DNA of 61,508 nucleotides from Candidatus Omnitrophota bacterium (GCA_016206785.1 JACQQV010000021.1:1-61508); one strand, 5' to 3'; positions 17,977 to 27,316 are shown, counted from the first letter of the stretch. Numbers and translations are program-made. The notes: generated from the sequence alone by a model not told the origin.

Positions 17977-19033
17977 CTTTTTGACAGATTTCACTTTCAT
18001 GGACCGAAATGACCTCTCCTTTTTCAAGAGATTGTTTTGCGGCCAGGGCAATTTTGAGACTGTTCGCACCGTCCCGGAGTGTGACGATCGGTTTCTCTTC
18101 CCCCCGGATGCACGCCAGAAAATGCTTTACCTCATTCAGAAAAAGCTGATTTCTCTCAAAACGCTCCAAACGCCGAACCTCCGGCCCTTTCTGAGACGCG
18201 CGCCAAATGGTTAGAGTCCCTCCATGGTAATCCCAAACAATCTTCCCTGCGTCACCGACAATCTCGCAGCGACGGCTGGGTGGTTTCTGAAGGAAATCCT
18301 GATGAAGGTGGACAGGGAGCACGTTCCCATTCCACTGACATTCCATTAAAATACTGGCGGTATCTTCCACATCGATCTCTAAACGGCTCAGTTTCCCTCC
18401 CAAGGCGAAGACGCGTCGAGGCATTCCGAAAAGCGAGTAGACATAGTCCATCTCATGAATTTGGGAAAGGATAACCCCTCCTCCCAGCGCTTTTCTCGCC
18501 GCGTACATTTGGCGGTAATCTTCATAGGAGTGCCAGCTGGGAAGATGCTCTCCCACCTCGAGACGAACGGCGAGAAGGTGACCGATCGCCTCCGCCTTGA
18601 GGAGTTCACGGATCCAACCCAAACAGGGATGAAACCGAAGCTGGTATCCGACGACGGCGACGAGTCTGTTTCTCTCAACCGTTTCGATCAACTCGTCCAC
18701 ACCTTCCAATGAATCGGACAAGGGTTTTTCAATGAAAAGATGGCAACCGGCTTTTGCGACCTCCCGTGCCACGGGAATATGCAAACTGCTTGGATTGGCA
18801 ATAAAAGTGGCCTCGGGTTCTTCTTCTAAGGCTTTCTGAAGATCAGTGTAGGCACGAATATGGTACTTTTCCTCGAGAGAGATTCCCCCTTCGACGGCTA
18901 AGGTATTGCTGATCACCGCCGGAGATCGCCGTACGCGATAGGCAACCACTTCAAGATCGTTTGGGATGAGGATTTTAAGATTCCTCAAGTGCCTCTGCCC
19001 CACCCCTCCTAACCCCACCATAAGGACCTTCAT
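17969..19033 (-). CDS. Gfo/Idh/MocA-family NAD(P)-dependent oxidoreductase
   Basis: MKVLMVGLGGVGQRHLRNL...FIEKPL... with typical N-terminal Rossmann and C-terminal domains. ATGA overlap with the upstream stop. Confidence 0.85.
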   Translation of the reverse strand: MKVLMVGLGGVGQRHLRNLKILIPNDLEVVAYRVRRSPAVISNTLAVEGGISLEEKYHIRAYTDLQKALEEEPEATFIANPSSLHIPVAREVAKAGCHLFIEKPLSDSLEGVDELIETVERNRLVAVVGYQLRFHPCLGWIRELLKAEAIGHLLAVRLEVGEHLPSWHSYEDYRQMYAARKALGGGVILSQIHEMDYVYSLFGMPRRVFALGGKLSRLEIDVEDTASILMECQWNGNVLPVHLHQDFLQKPPSRRCEIVGDAGKIVWDYHGGTLTIWRASQKGPEVRRLERFERNQLFLNEVKHFLACIRGEEKPIVTLRDGANSLKIALAAKQSLEKGEVISVHESEICQKDV

Positions 19034-19752
19034 GCGGGATGCCTCTGGACTATCTTTTCCGCCTTCAAAAAACTTTCTTCATAATCGATCTCGATATAAT
19101 CTTCCTTGATGATAAAAGGGAGGATTTTTTTCCCAGACATAAGATTTTCTTCCAAGATGATCTTCGGGCGAACGATATCGATATACCCATTCTGCCAGAA
19201 AATCTCCGGAAGGATCTGGCGAGGCATATTGTAAGGCTCTGTAAGACCTTCAAGGGTGAGCAGTTTTTCCAGATACCCCTCCGGATTCACCCGCCACATC
19301 TTGTAAGGGGTTTGAGAAGGCCAGATGACAGACCGCAAGGAATCGGCCTCTGGATGTTCCATCAAAAGACGAATCGCCTGATCGACGGTACTCGCCTTCC
19401 GGAGCGGACCGGTCGGGCGTAAATCAACCACAAGGTCCGGCCGATATCCCTCCTTCTCCTCTAACCACCGGAGGGCATGCTCAAATACAGGAAGATCGGG
19501 AGTTAAATCTTCCGCAAGTTCTTTGGGACGTCTAAAAGGGACTTCCGCCCCGTATTGCTCCGCGATCCGGGCGATCTCCTCATCTTCGGTGGAAACGATC
19601 ACGCGTCGAATGAGTTCCGATTGTTTTGCGCATTCAATGGAATAGGCGATGAGGGGTTTCCCTGCAAGGAGCCGGATGTTTTTTCGAGGGATCCCTTTGG
19701 AGCCTCCCCGCGCAAGAATGAGACATAAAATTTCAGTGGGAATTTTGCTCAT
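19030..19752 (-). CDS. CMP-ulosonic acid synthetase (acylneuraminate cytidylyltransferase, NeuA family)
   Basis: ILCLILARGGSKGIPRKNIRLLAGKPLIAYSIECAKQS...; 240 aa. Confidence 0.85.
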   Translation of the reverse strand: MSKIPTEILCLILARGGSKGIPRKNIRLLAGKPLIAYSIECAKQSELIRRVIVSTEDEEIARIAEQYGAEVPFRRPKELAEDLTPDLPVFEHALRWLEEKEGYRPDLVVDLRPTGPLRKASTVDQAIRLLMEHPEADSLRSVIWPSQTPYKMWRVNPEGYLEKLLTLEGLTEPYNMPRQILPEIFWQNGYIDIVRPKIILEENLMSGKKILPFIIKEDYIEIDYEESFLKAEKIVQRHPA

Positions 19753-20581
19753 GGAGTTCCTCTTGGAAATAGCCCTTCACAAATTCAAGATAATGTCTCG
19801 CAGTCTCCGTCTCCTCGCCGGCGCGGGCTCCTTGTAAAATATAAGGCCCTTCAAATCCTCCTTCACGCAACGTCCGGAAACAGGTCAAAAAATCGGCGTC
19901 TCCCGTCCCCAGAGGGACACTTGGGCCGAAACGCTTCCGGTCTTTAATATGGACGCCCGAAATCCAAGGAGAGAGTACCCGGATGTCCTGTCTCATCTCA
20001 TAGCCCATTGCGGTGCGGTTCCCGACATCGTAGTAAATCTTGGCGAGGGGATGCGCAAGCGCCTCGATCAGCGAGCGGTACCGATCCGCTTCAAGATTCG
20101 ACTCGATGGCAAGTTCTATCCCGAAATCGTTTGCCCTCCCCAGGCACTCTTTGAGGCACGCAATGAGTTGCTCTCGGTCTGTTTCGGTTTCTATCTCCGC
20201 CTCTTCCAATACGGGTAAAAGAATTCTGCGAATACCCAAACGTGCCCCCTGCTCAATGAGCCGAAGGAGGGTTCGGATCGATTCAGCCTGCTCAGAAGGA
20301 GAGGTTCGAAAAAACATATGCTTCATGAAATAATCTGCGCAGACAGAAGGAATTTCAATGTGGTATTCTCGGGAAAACCTCTGGATTCTTTCGGCGCCCT
20401 CGTCCGTCCAGATGGGATTGTCAAAGGCACCGGTGTCTTCGAAAACCCACTCGATCGCATCAAAACCGCATCGCTGAGCCATTGGAAATTCTTTTTCCCA
20501 CGTCTGTGATGGAAAAGCCTGGACCTTTCCGTCCATTGGGGGTGAAAGTCTTCCTTGTACGATTCCGATTTTTGGACTCAT
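19733..20581 (-). CDS. Sugar-phosphate isomerase/epimerase (xylose isomerase-like TIM barrel)
   Basis: IGIVQGRLSPP...QAFP...WEKEFPMAQRCGFDAIEWVFED...; 282 aa from ATG 20581 (ATGA overlap). Confidence 0.75.
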   Translation of the reverse strand: MSPKIGIVQGRLSPPMDGKVQAFPSQTWEKEFPMAQRCGFDAIEWVFEDTGAFDNPIWTDEGAERIQRFSREYHIEIPSVCADYFMKHMFFRTSPSEQAESIRTLLRLIEQGARLGIRRILLPVLEEAEIETETDREQLIACLKECLGRANDFGIELAIESNLEADRYRSLIEALAHPLAKIYYDVGNRTAMGYEMRQDIRVLSPWISGVHIKDRKRFGPSVPLGTGDADFLTCFRTLREGGFEGPYILQGARAGEETETARHYLEFVKGYFQEELHEQNSH

Positions 20582-21060
20582 GGATGAGAAGACTCTTGCA
20601 TCACCAAGTCGCACAATTCGCGGACCGCCCCCCTTCCTCCTTCTTTTTTAAGAACCACTTTCGCCTTCGCCAGAACTGCAGGTTCAGCATCTTTCACAGC
20701 GACACCGCAGCCGACCCACTCCATGCATTTCAAATCGTTGATGTCGTTCCCGACATACACAACATCTTCTGCGTCAATCCGCTTTTCCTCAAGAAGGGCT
20801 TTGAGGGCCTGGAATTTGTCCCTCACCCCCTGGTAACAGGGAAGTCCCAATTTCTTGCTGCGCGCAGAGACAACGGGATTCTCTTCTGTAGAAAGAACCA
20901 CCATGAGGATCCCTTTTGCAGCGAGTAGGGAAATCCCGAGTCCATCGGCACGGCTGCAAAAGACTGATTCGCTTCCGTCTTCGTGGACGAGGACACCATT
21001 GTCCGTGAAGACACCGTCAAAGTCGAAGACGATCAACTTGGGTGATTTGAGAAGAGGCAT
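20578..21060 (-). CDS. KdsC-family HAD-IIIA ulosonate-phosphate phosphatase (second paralog in the window)
   Basis: KLIVFDFDGVFTDNGV...VVYVGNDINDLKCMEWVGCGVAVKDA...GGRGAVREL. Confidence 0.8.
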   Translation of the reverse strand: MPLLKSPKLIVFDFDGVFTDNGVLVHEDGSESVFCSRADGLGISLLAAKGILMVVLSTEENPVVSARSKKLGLPCYQGVRDKFQALKALLEEKRIDAEDVVYVGNDINDLKCMEWVGCGVAVKDAEPAVLAKAKVVLKKEGGRGAVRELCDLVMQESSHP

Positions 21061-21061
21061 G

Positions 21062-21928
21062 TTAAAAACGACGGAGTTTTGTCAAAACAGGGAGTTCACT
21101 TTCATAGACCCGTTTGATCCCGTCTCCCAACGCCGATTCGATGAGCCGGATATCCTTGACAAGGTGTTTAAATCCCTGCGGTTCAACCGAGGCTGCCTGA
21201 TCGCTCCCCCACATGCTCCGGTCTAACGTGATGTGCCGCTCTATAACGCATGCCCCCAACGTCGCAGCGGAGAGGGTGGTGGCAAGGCCTACTTCATGGC
21301 CGGAGTAACCGACGGGGCAATCAAATTTCTCTTTGAGTGTCTGAATCATCCGAAGATTTAATTCCTCTGGTGTGGAGGGGTAAGTGCTGGTGCAATGAAG
21401 AAGAACAAGGTCTTCAGGGCCTAAGACGTCGACCGCTTGACAGATTTCTTCCATGGTACTCATCCCGGTCGAAAGAATGACCGGTTTTCCTTTTCTCCTG
21501 TGATAACGGAGCAGGGCGTGGTTGGTCAAAGAGGCGGAGGCAATTTTATAACACGGCACATCAAAAGACTCGATAAAATCAACGCTTCCTTCATCCCAAC
21601 AAGAGGCAAACCAAAGAATTCCCTTCTCTTTGCAATAGCGATCGATTTCGGCATACTCTTTTTCATCAAACTCAAGACCTCTCTTCAAATCGCCATTGGT
21701 GAAACCAAAAGGATTTTCCCGAGGACGTGCAAGTTCCTCCGGCGTGTACACGACCTCCACGGTCCGTTTCTGGAATTTGACCGCATCGGCACCCGCTTCC
21801 TTGGAGGCGTCGATGAGCGCCTTCGCCAATCGGAGGTCACCATTATGGTTAATACCGATTTCTGCAACAATAAAGATCGGTTCCTCTTCACCCACCAGCC
21901 GTTCTTCAAGTTTCACCCATTTTGGCAT
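21062..21928 (-). CDS. NeuB-family PEP-condensing ulosonic acid (phosphate) synthase; no C-terminal SAF domain
   Basis: IFIVAEIGINHNGDLRLAKALIDASKEAGADAVKFQKRT...GYSGHE.... It ends at 288 aa with ALGDGIKRVYESELPVLTKLRRF. Confidence 0.85.
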   Translation of the reverse strand: MPKWVKLEERLVGEEEPIFIVAEIGINHNGDLRLAKALIDASKEAGADAVKFQKRTVEVVYTPEELARPRENPFGFTNGDLKRGLEFDEKEYAEIDRYCKEKGILWFASCWDEGSVDFIESFDVPCYKIASASLTNHALLRYHRRKGKPVILSTGMSTMEEICQAVDVLGPEDLVLLHCTSTYPSTPEELNLRMIQTLKEKFDCPVGYSGHEVGLATTLSAATLGACVIERHITLDRSMWGSDQAASVEPQGFKHLVKDIRLIESALGDGIKRVYESELPVLTKLRRF

Positions 21929-21946
21929 TTTGATGGTCTCCTCTTT

Positions 21947-22648
21947 CTAAAACTCTTTGAGAATCTTCTCCGCGTCTTCAGCAAGGGTCTTCTGTTTTTC
22001 CTCCTCCCGAAGCATTCTTACATACTCTCCAAAGAAAAAGAAAAAGTAGATGCCTATTCCTGAAAAGAGGATCGCCCCGAGTACTTTTTTCACAAGATGC
22101 CTTGGATTCGGGAAAGGCGGGGGTTGTGCCTTGTCAATGACCTTCACCAACGGTTTATCGCTTGTCAGATTGAGCTGTTCATTAATGACGTTTAAGTTTT
22201 CGACGCAGAAATTGGCAACCTCGGCGGAAAACGCCGGATCGCCGCTCGTGACCTCAATTACAAAAATAGTCCCTTTCGAAATGTCATACCCATTCACCAT
22301 ACGGCGCACCTTCCGGATCGCTTTTTCTCGAGTCGTCTGAAATCTCTTCGTCCAATTGAAATGATCCACAACTCCCTCAGCCATCCTCCGACTCTTTACC
22401 AGAAAGAGCAGTGCTTCCACCGACGTTGGGCTTCCTCCCCCCATCATGGAAAAACCGACTGAGCCAAAACTGGAAAGTAGATTGACAGGGCTGGCAGGCG
22501 GGAAAACAGAAACACTGGCTGTGTATTCACGGGGGGCCGTGAATACCATGATGGCTGTTATGAACGCGGAAAGTGCCGTGACGGTGATGAGAGGCCGTTT
22601 TCTTTCCTTTGCAACCTTCCAGTACGTTAAAAGGGTGATCTCAGCCAT
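21947..22648 (-). CDS. Short polysaccharide co-polymerase (Wzz/PCP-like), no kinase domain
   Basis: 233 aa. Wzz-like N-terminus (ERKRPLITVTALSAFITAIMVFTAPREYTASVSVFP) and a second TM near the C-terminus (VLGAILFSGIGIYFFFFFG). Confidence 0.6.
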   Translation of the reverse strand: MAEITLLTYWKVAKERKRPLITVTALSAFITAIMVFTAPREYTASVSVFPPASPVNLLSSFGSVGFSMMGGGSPTSVEALLFLVKSRRMAEGVVDHFNWTKRFQTTREKAIRKVRRMVNGYDISKGTIFVIEVTSGDPAFSAEVANFCVENLNVINEQLNLTSDKPLVKVIDKAQPPPFPNPRHLVKKVLGAILFSGIGIYFFFFFGEYVRMLREEEKQKTLAEDAEKILKEF

Positions 22649-22657
22649 GTCGTCCTC

Positions 22658-25600
22658 TCAATCATTCACGGCCGCAATGGCGATGGCGCCAAAGGCGATC
22701 TGATACAGAAGATTTACGGTGTCCTTAACCAGTAGACCCACCGGGGTCCTATACCTGAATTCCTCCGGCACGATGACGGTATCTCCCCGCTCAATCGGCT
22801 TGACCCTTACAAATTGGCTTGCCGCTTCTCCGTTGGCTTTGACGACATAGACACGCTTCTTATCCGCGCTCTTCGTCATCCCTCCCACCTTCCGAAGATA
22901 ATAGTCGACATTTTTCCCATCGACGAAGGTGACGGCGATCGGATTATAGACATTTCCAACCACCAAGACCGACGACGGTGGCCGCGGAAGTGCGAGGGAA
23001 TCTCCATCCTCAAGGACAATGTCGTCAGAGGTACCGGACAGCGTCTCGGGATCCGCCAACCGGACGATCATCCGGCCGAGAAATTCGCTTTTGTCGATTT
23101 CCTTTAAGAACTTCTCACGGTATTCCAACAGTCCCATACGGGATGCCTTCTGAGTGGGATCGTAACCGAGGCCCAGCGACGCCTGTTCTTGAAGCAATGC
23201 ATTCTGTTCCGCCTGGAGGAACTGCTTCATCCGTTCCCGCTGCTGATCCCTCAAACTTTTGCGGGTGAACACGGCCCCTCGCAAAAAGGCTTGATCCGTG
23301 AATCCTCCGGCGCGTCGGATCACGGAACTCAAGGTTTCCCCCCGCTGAATGGCGTACTTCCCGGGATACCTGAATTCTCCGCCGAGAACAATCGTCCCCC
23401 CCTCTATCTCCGCCGGGGACTCCCGGATGAAAAGTCGGTCTCCTTCCAAAAGGTAGAAGTCCTTCGTGGTCTCACTCCTTAAGATCTCTTCCAAGTTCAA
23501 TGGGATGATGCGTGGAGGTTCGTCTCCGCTTGCGCGGAAAAGTTCTGCCACTTCAGGGGTCGCTGAATGGCTCATCCCACCCGCCCTGAAGATGAGATCG
23601 CTCATCCGCATCCCCTCGGTCAGTTCATAGGTCCCCGGTTCACGGACAGCGCCATTGATTTCTACGAACTTGGGGGGAATCACCTCGGACCTTGAATAAA
23701 CTGTCACTACATCCCATTCTTTGAGGGGAAGATTGAGGCTTTCATCGCCGCTCAAAAGTTTCCAAAGGTCGATACTGAGGATTTCCCGACTCTTATCCGT
23801 CTGATAGCGGGCCAGTTCTGCACGCTTCAGGTAACTCCCCGGAAGAACGCCCCCCGCTTTTTCAAGAAGGTCTCGCAGGCGCATCCCATCCTTTAATTCA
23901 TAATCACCGGGCCTTTCTACGCTTCCCAAGATCGAAACAAAGTTGTATCGCTGGGAGGTAATAGGAAAAACCGAGACAAGGTCGCCATCCTGAAGGAGAA
24001 TGGAAGACCCTTTCTTCTGAAGGTCTTCAAAAACGGTGAATTCAAAATCCTGAACCACCTTTCGCTCGTGATCTTTGATCCGTTCGATCTGAATCCGCTG
24101 AAGATACCCCGAGGCGCTGGGACCTCCTGCCATCTCCAACATTTGGGTGAGTGAGACAGGAGGAACCGTTTCATAAATCGCGGGGCGCTTCACATTGCCG
24201 GCAAGGCCGATCACGTTTCCGATGGGAGGAACAAGAATGGTATCATTCGCTTTAAGGGGAAGATCCTGTTTGTTGTTGCCATGAATCAGAATCTCATAAA
24301 GGTCCACGACCTCCTCGGTCTTATCCGCCCGGAGAAGTCTGATGTGACGTAGGCTCCCGATCTTCTTGGGTCCCCACGCTGCATAAAGGGCGTGAAGCAG
24401 CGTCGCCTGCGGACTTACATAATAGGTGCCGGGAACATTGATTTCTCCGAAGACAAAGACGCGGATCGTGCGGAGCTTTCCCATCGAAACGCTGATGTTA
24501 AAATTGGTGTAATGCTCCTTAAGACTCTTCTGGATGAGGGCTTCGGCCTCCGACAAGGTGAGGCCCCATACATAAACGGGCCCCGCCTTCGGAAGGATGA
24601 TTTTCCCGTCGGCATCGACGGTGACCAGAAGACTCTGTTGGGCAGACCCCCAAATATTGACAACGAGGGTATCGCCAGGGCCGACCACATAATCAGGGCC
24701 GACCGCTGCACCTGAATAGGTGCTGCCCACACTCCCCATCGGTTGCTGCGTTCCCAGAATTCCCTTACTCCCGAATACCGAGGCACTGTCTCCCAGGCCA
24801 AACACTTCTCCAAATTGACGGAGGAAATTGGATGCGACCTCGGTACTTTGGGTGCCGGTTGGAGATGGTGTGGCAGTGGGAGTGAAACCTTCGATATACT
24901 GTGGGAAAATGTCATAACCGAACTGCCGGATCCCCTTCGAAACTCCTTGGGAAATTCCTTTTACGAACATCTCTTCAATGCGTGAGAGTTCAGGTTTGAT
25001 TCTTTCCATGGGCTCCACCCCCATCTGCCCGATCGGAGAGAGGGTTTGAACCTGCGTTAACTTTTGAGAGGGGAGTCGGGATCGGTCAAAAGGAGAGAAA
25101 AGTTCTTCTTTCGTTCCCTTCTCAAGAAAGGCCCGGAACGATTTTGTATCCGTAGGGCTTTTAAGCGTTGTCATCCGGTCGATCGTTTCCGGCTCCGTCT
25201 CAGGGGTGCCTAAAACGCTTAACCGGAATTTTGTCCCGTCATACGGACAGCGGAGGCTCGCTCCGGAACGTCCCGCAAGGAAATCTTCGACGTTCATCTC
25301 CGCTTTAAATTCCCGGCCGTCTACAGGACAACGAACAGCCACCAAAGTCAATTTCTCCTTCTTCGGAACGCCGGTCTGTGTCAGACTCGGGAAAAAGACG
25401 GTCCCGTCATAAGGGCAGACCACCCCTCTTGTGCCGTTTCGAAACTCGATATCCTCCGGAGTCACTCCCACCTGAAACTGGCGTCCGTCCACCGGGCAGG
25501 TGAGTGTGACAAACTCCGCTTGGGCCGCTGTTTCCTCTTTGCTTTCGCCCTTCAATACACTCGTAATCGTTTTTGGAAAAATGGAGGTATTCCCTGTTTG

Positions 25601-25687
25601 CGCCTCGGAAAGCGAGAGGGGAAATTCCATGATAAAAGCGCAAAGCACGAATCCTGCTATCCAAGTTTTCATTGTTCTCTTTTTCAC
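22658..25687 (-). CDS. Outer-membrane polysaccharide export protein (OPX/Wza family) with multiple SLBB domains and a novel N-terminal Cys-pair repeat region
   Basis: 1009 aa. Signal peptide, Poly_export motif PDYVVGPGDTLVVNIWGS, several SLBB-like repeats (V.V.G.V..PG.Y.l), and a C-terminal hydrophobic helix. The GTG start is preceded by AAGGAGGAAGG. Confidence 0.85.
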   Translation of the reverse strand: MKKRTMKTWIAGFVLCAFIMEFPLSLSEAQTGNTSIFPKTITSVLKGESKEETAAQAEFVTLTCPVDGRQFQVGVTPEDIEFRNGTRGVVCPYDGTVFFPSLTQTGVPKKEKLTLVAVRCPVDGREFKAEMNVEDFLAGRSGASLRCPYDGTKFRLSVLGTPETEPETIDRMTTLKSPTDTKSFRAFLEKGTKEELFSPFDRSRLPSQKLTQVQTLSPIGQMGVEPMERIKPELSRIEEMFVKGISQGVSKGIRQFGYDIFPQYIEGFTPTATPSPTGTQSTEVASNFLRQFGEVFGLGDSASVFGSKGILGTQQPMGSVGSTYSGAAVGPDYVVGPGDTLVVNIWGSAQQSLLVTVDADGKIILPKAGPVYVWGLTLSEAEALIQKSLKEHYTNFNISVSMGKLRTIRVFVFGEINVPGTYYVSPQATLLHALYAAWGPKKIGSLRHIRLLRADKTEEVVDLYEILIHGNNKQDLPLKANDTILVPPIGNVIGLAGNVKRPAIYETVPPVSLTQMLEMAGGPSASGYLQRIQIERIKDHERKVVQDFEFTVFEDLQKKGSSILLQDGDLVSVFPITSQRYNFVSILGSVERPGDYELKDGMRLRDLLEKAGGVLPGSYLKRAELARYQTDKSREILSIDLWKLLSGDESLNLPLKEWDVVTVYSRSEVIPPKFVEINGAVREPGTYELTEGMRMSDLIFRAGGMSHSATPEVAELFRASGDEPPRIIPLNLEEILRSETTKDFYLLEGDRLFIRESPAEIEGGTIVLGGEFRYPGKYAIQRGETLSSVIRRAGGFTDQAFLRGAVFTRKSLRDQQRERMKQFLQAEQNALLQEQASLGLGYDPTQKASRMGLLEYREKFLKEIDKSEFLGRMIVRLADPETLSGTSDDIVLEDGDSLALPRPPSSVLVVGNVYNPIAVTFVDGKNVDYYLRKVGGMTKSADKKRVYVVKANGEAASQFVRVKPIERGDTVIVPEEFRYRTPVGLLVKDTVNLLYQIAFGAIAIAAVND

Positions 25688-25711
25688 GTTTCCTTCCTCC
25701 TTTTTTAAATT

Positions 25712-27316
25712 TTAAAACAAAAGATGCGCCAGAATCGTCACGATATGGTTTTTTGCTTCCTGCCCCGTCGCGTTTCTGAAATTATCAATATCCTCCACTT
25801 CATAAGCGGCCTGAATCGTAACGCGATCGTTCAGAAAATAGGAGAGGTCTACCCCTCCCTGGTTTTTGATATTGGGTTGCGCCCCAAAAGGAAGAGAAGT
25901 GCTGCTTCGCCCCTGGCGTTCCCGGTCGAAAGTGACCCCCACGGTGATATCGTTCTCGAACCGTTTGCTGAGTCGAAGGTAAATATCATCGGCATCGGGC
26001 CCGATGTGGTGTCCCAAAAATTCGCCTTTATACCGATAGCCGGAAGTATAGATAAAGTGTTGATAAGCCCTCGCATCCGTTTCGGCTGCTTCCGCCTGAA
26101 TGTCTAGTCCGGAAAGACCGAACAGGTCGGTGACCCTGAGACCACCGAGCCGGCTGACAATCACGGGAACGTAGATCCCTGTTGTGTCTTCCGCATAAAA
26201 TTCTCCGTAGACATTGAGCCCGGAACCGAGATGCGTCCATTGGGCAATCTGAGGAATGAAAATTCGGAAGTCACTTCCATAAAGGTGATTTGGATTTTCA
26301 TTCTCTCCACCCCCTTTGGTCGGATTGAAGGTGTCCCATATCGTTCCAAAATTCGATTTCTGAGTTTCTCCTCCTACCTGAATAAGGTGGCTTGCGCCGA
26401 AGGTAAGCCAGCGGATTGGAAACCATTCAACCCTCCAACCTCCCAGAAGAGGCTTTTGGACAACCTCTTTTTTACTCAACCTTCCCAAAAAAAGATTGGC
26501 ATTCCAGCGACCGAGGCTCCTCAAGGCCCATGGGAGTTCAAAAGGATGGTCTGAACCGACCGCCACCGAGTGGAAGGGCCTCGCATTGTCTGTTAAAAGG
26601 AGCGTCCCATGGGACCCGGATCCCCACCAGTAAGAGGTCCGACCCCCCTTAAGATAAAGGTTGCGGTAGGAAAATTTTGCGGTCGCTTCATCAAAATCGG
26701 GATCAACCTCGCCGTCGTCCTCCCTGTGGATGTTCACTCTCGGGTGAAAGGACAGTGCGAGAAAATCGGCGTAGCTGGCCCAAAAGGGAAAGCCGAACCG
26801 CCCGTTCAACCCGTCGTGAAGTCTGAGTCCTTTCGAGTTTTCAAGGAGCGTTGTCGCTTTCTCTTTCTCAAGACTCGTGTAATACTTTTCGGTCACAAAG
26901 GAACCGCCCAAAGCGAATGGACCTTTTTGGAGCCGGCGCAAAGAGGTGCTTTTCTCCCCGGACTCCACAAGGGGGATCCCTTTTTCTCTGAGCTCGACGG
27001 CAAATTCTTCAGAGAGCCTCAATAGGGATTCTTCAATCAGGCTTGCCTCCTCTGCGGAAAATTCGACTTCCCCTTCCCGCGCCGTCTCCAGTGCCTCCGC
27101 GACTTTCCCCGCCATGGCCCTTCGCGAAATGGGCCGGCTACTGAGACCCTCGCCACCACACAACCCCATGGAGGCAAGACGTTCGATCGCTTCAACGCTC
27201 CAATCGTGAACCGGAAGATCGACAGAATTCGCAGAGGCTTCTGCGCAAAGGACGAACAGACCTAAGAGTAAGAGCCGTCCTTTCAAGCTTATTCCTTTGT
27301 CAAAGAACGGAGCCAC
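25712..27316 (-). CDS. Wzi-like capsule-assembly outer membrane beta-barrel protein
   Basis: Signal peptide, then LPVHDWSVEAIERLASMGL...SSRPISRRAMAGKVAEAL, which I recognise as the Wzi-family N-terminal pattern. The C-terminal region is beta-rich and ends in F. The start is either GTG 27316 or TTG 27286 (MKGRLLLLGLFVLCAEASA). Confidence 0.55.
   Translation of the reverse strand: MAPFFDKGISLKGRLLLLGLFVLCAEASANSVDLPVHDWSVEAIERLASMGLCGGEGLSSRPISRRAMAGKVAEALETAREGEVEFSAEEASLIEESLLRLSEEFAVELREKGIPLVESGEKSTSLRRLQKGPFALGGSFVTEKYYTSLEKEKATTLLENSKGLRLHDGLNGRFGFPFWASYADFLALSFHPRVNIHREDDGEVDPDFDEATAKFSYRNLYLKGGRTSYWWGSGSHGTLLLTDNARPFHSVAVGSDHPFELPWALRSLGRWNANLFLGRLSKKEVVQKPLLGGWRVEWFPIRWLTFGASHLIQVGGETQKSNFGTIWDTFNPTKGGGENENPNHLYGSDFRIFIPQIAQWTHLGSGLNVYGEFYAEDTTGIYVPVIVSRLGGLRVTDLFGLSGLDIQAEAAETDARAYQHFIYTSGYRYKGEFLGHHIGPDADDIYLRLSKRFENDITVGVTFDRERQGRSSTSLPFGAQPNIKNQGGVDLSYFLNDRVTIQAAYEVEDIDNFRNATGQEAKNHIVTILAHLLF

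Noticed and set aside
17486-18214. 242-aa plus-strand ORF antisense to the SDR and Gfo/Idh/MocA genes
   Set aside because: It is antisense to two strongly recognised genes, with low-complexity S/T/R/P composition. The same reasoning applies to 8767..9450, 46986..47696 and 50048..50773.
21062-21928. Calling the NeuB homologue N-acetylneuraminate synthase and the product sialic acid
   Set aside because: No NeuC or ManNAc-forming enzyme is present. A dedicated phosphatase is present, the SAF domain is missing, and extra redox enzymes are linked. The substrate cannot be inferred from sequence alone, so I kept only the family-level call.
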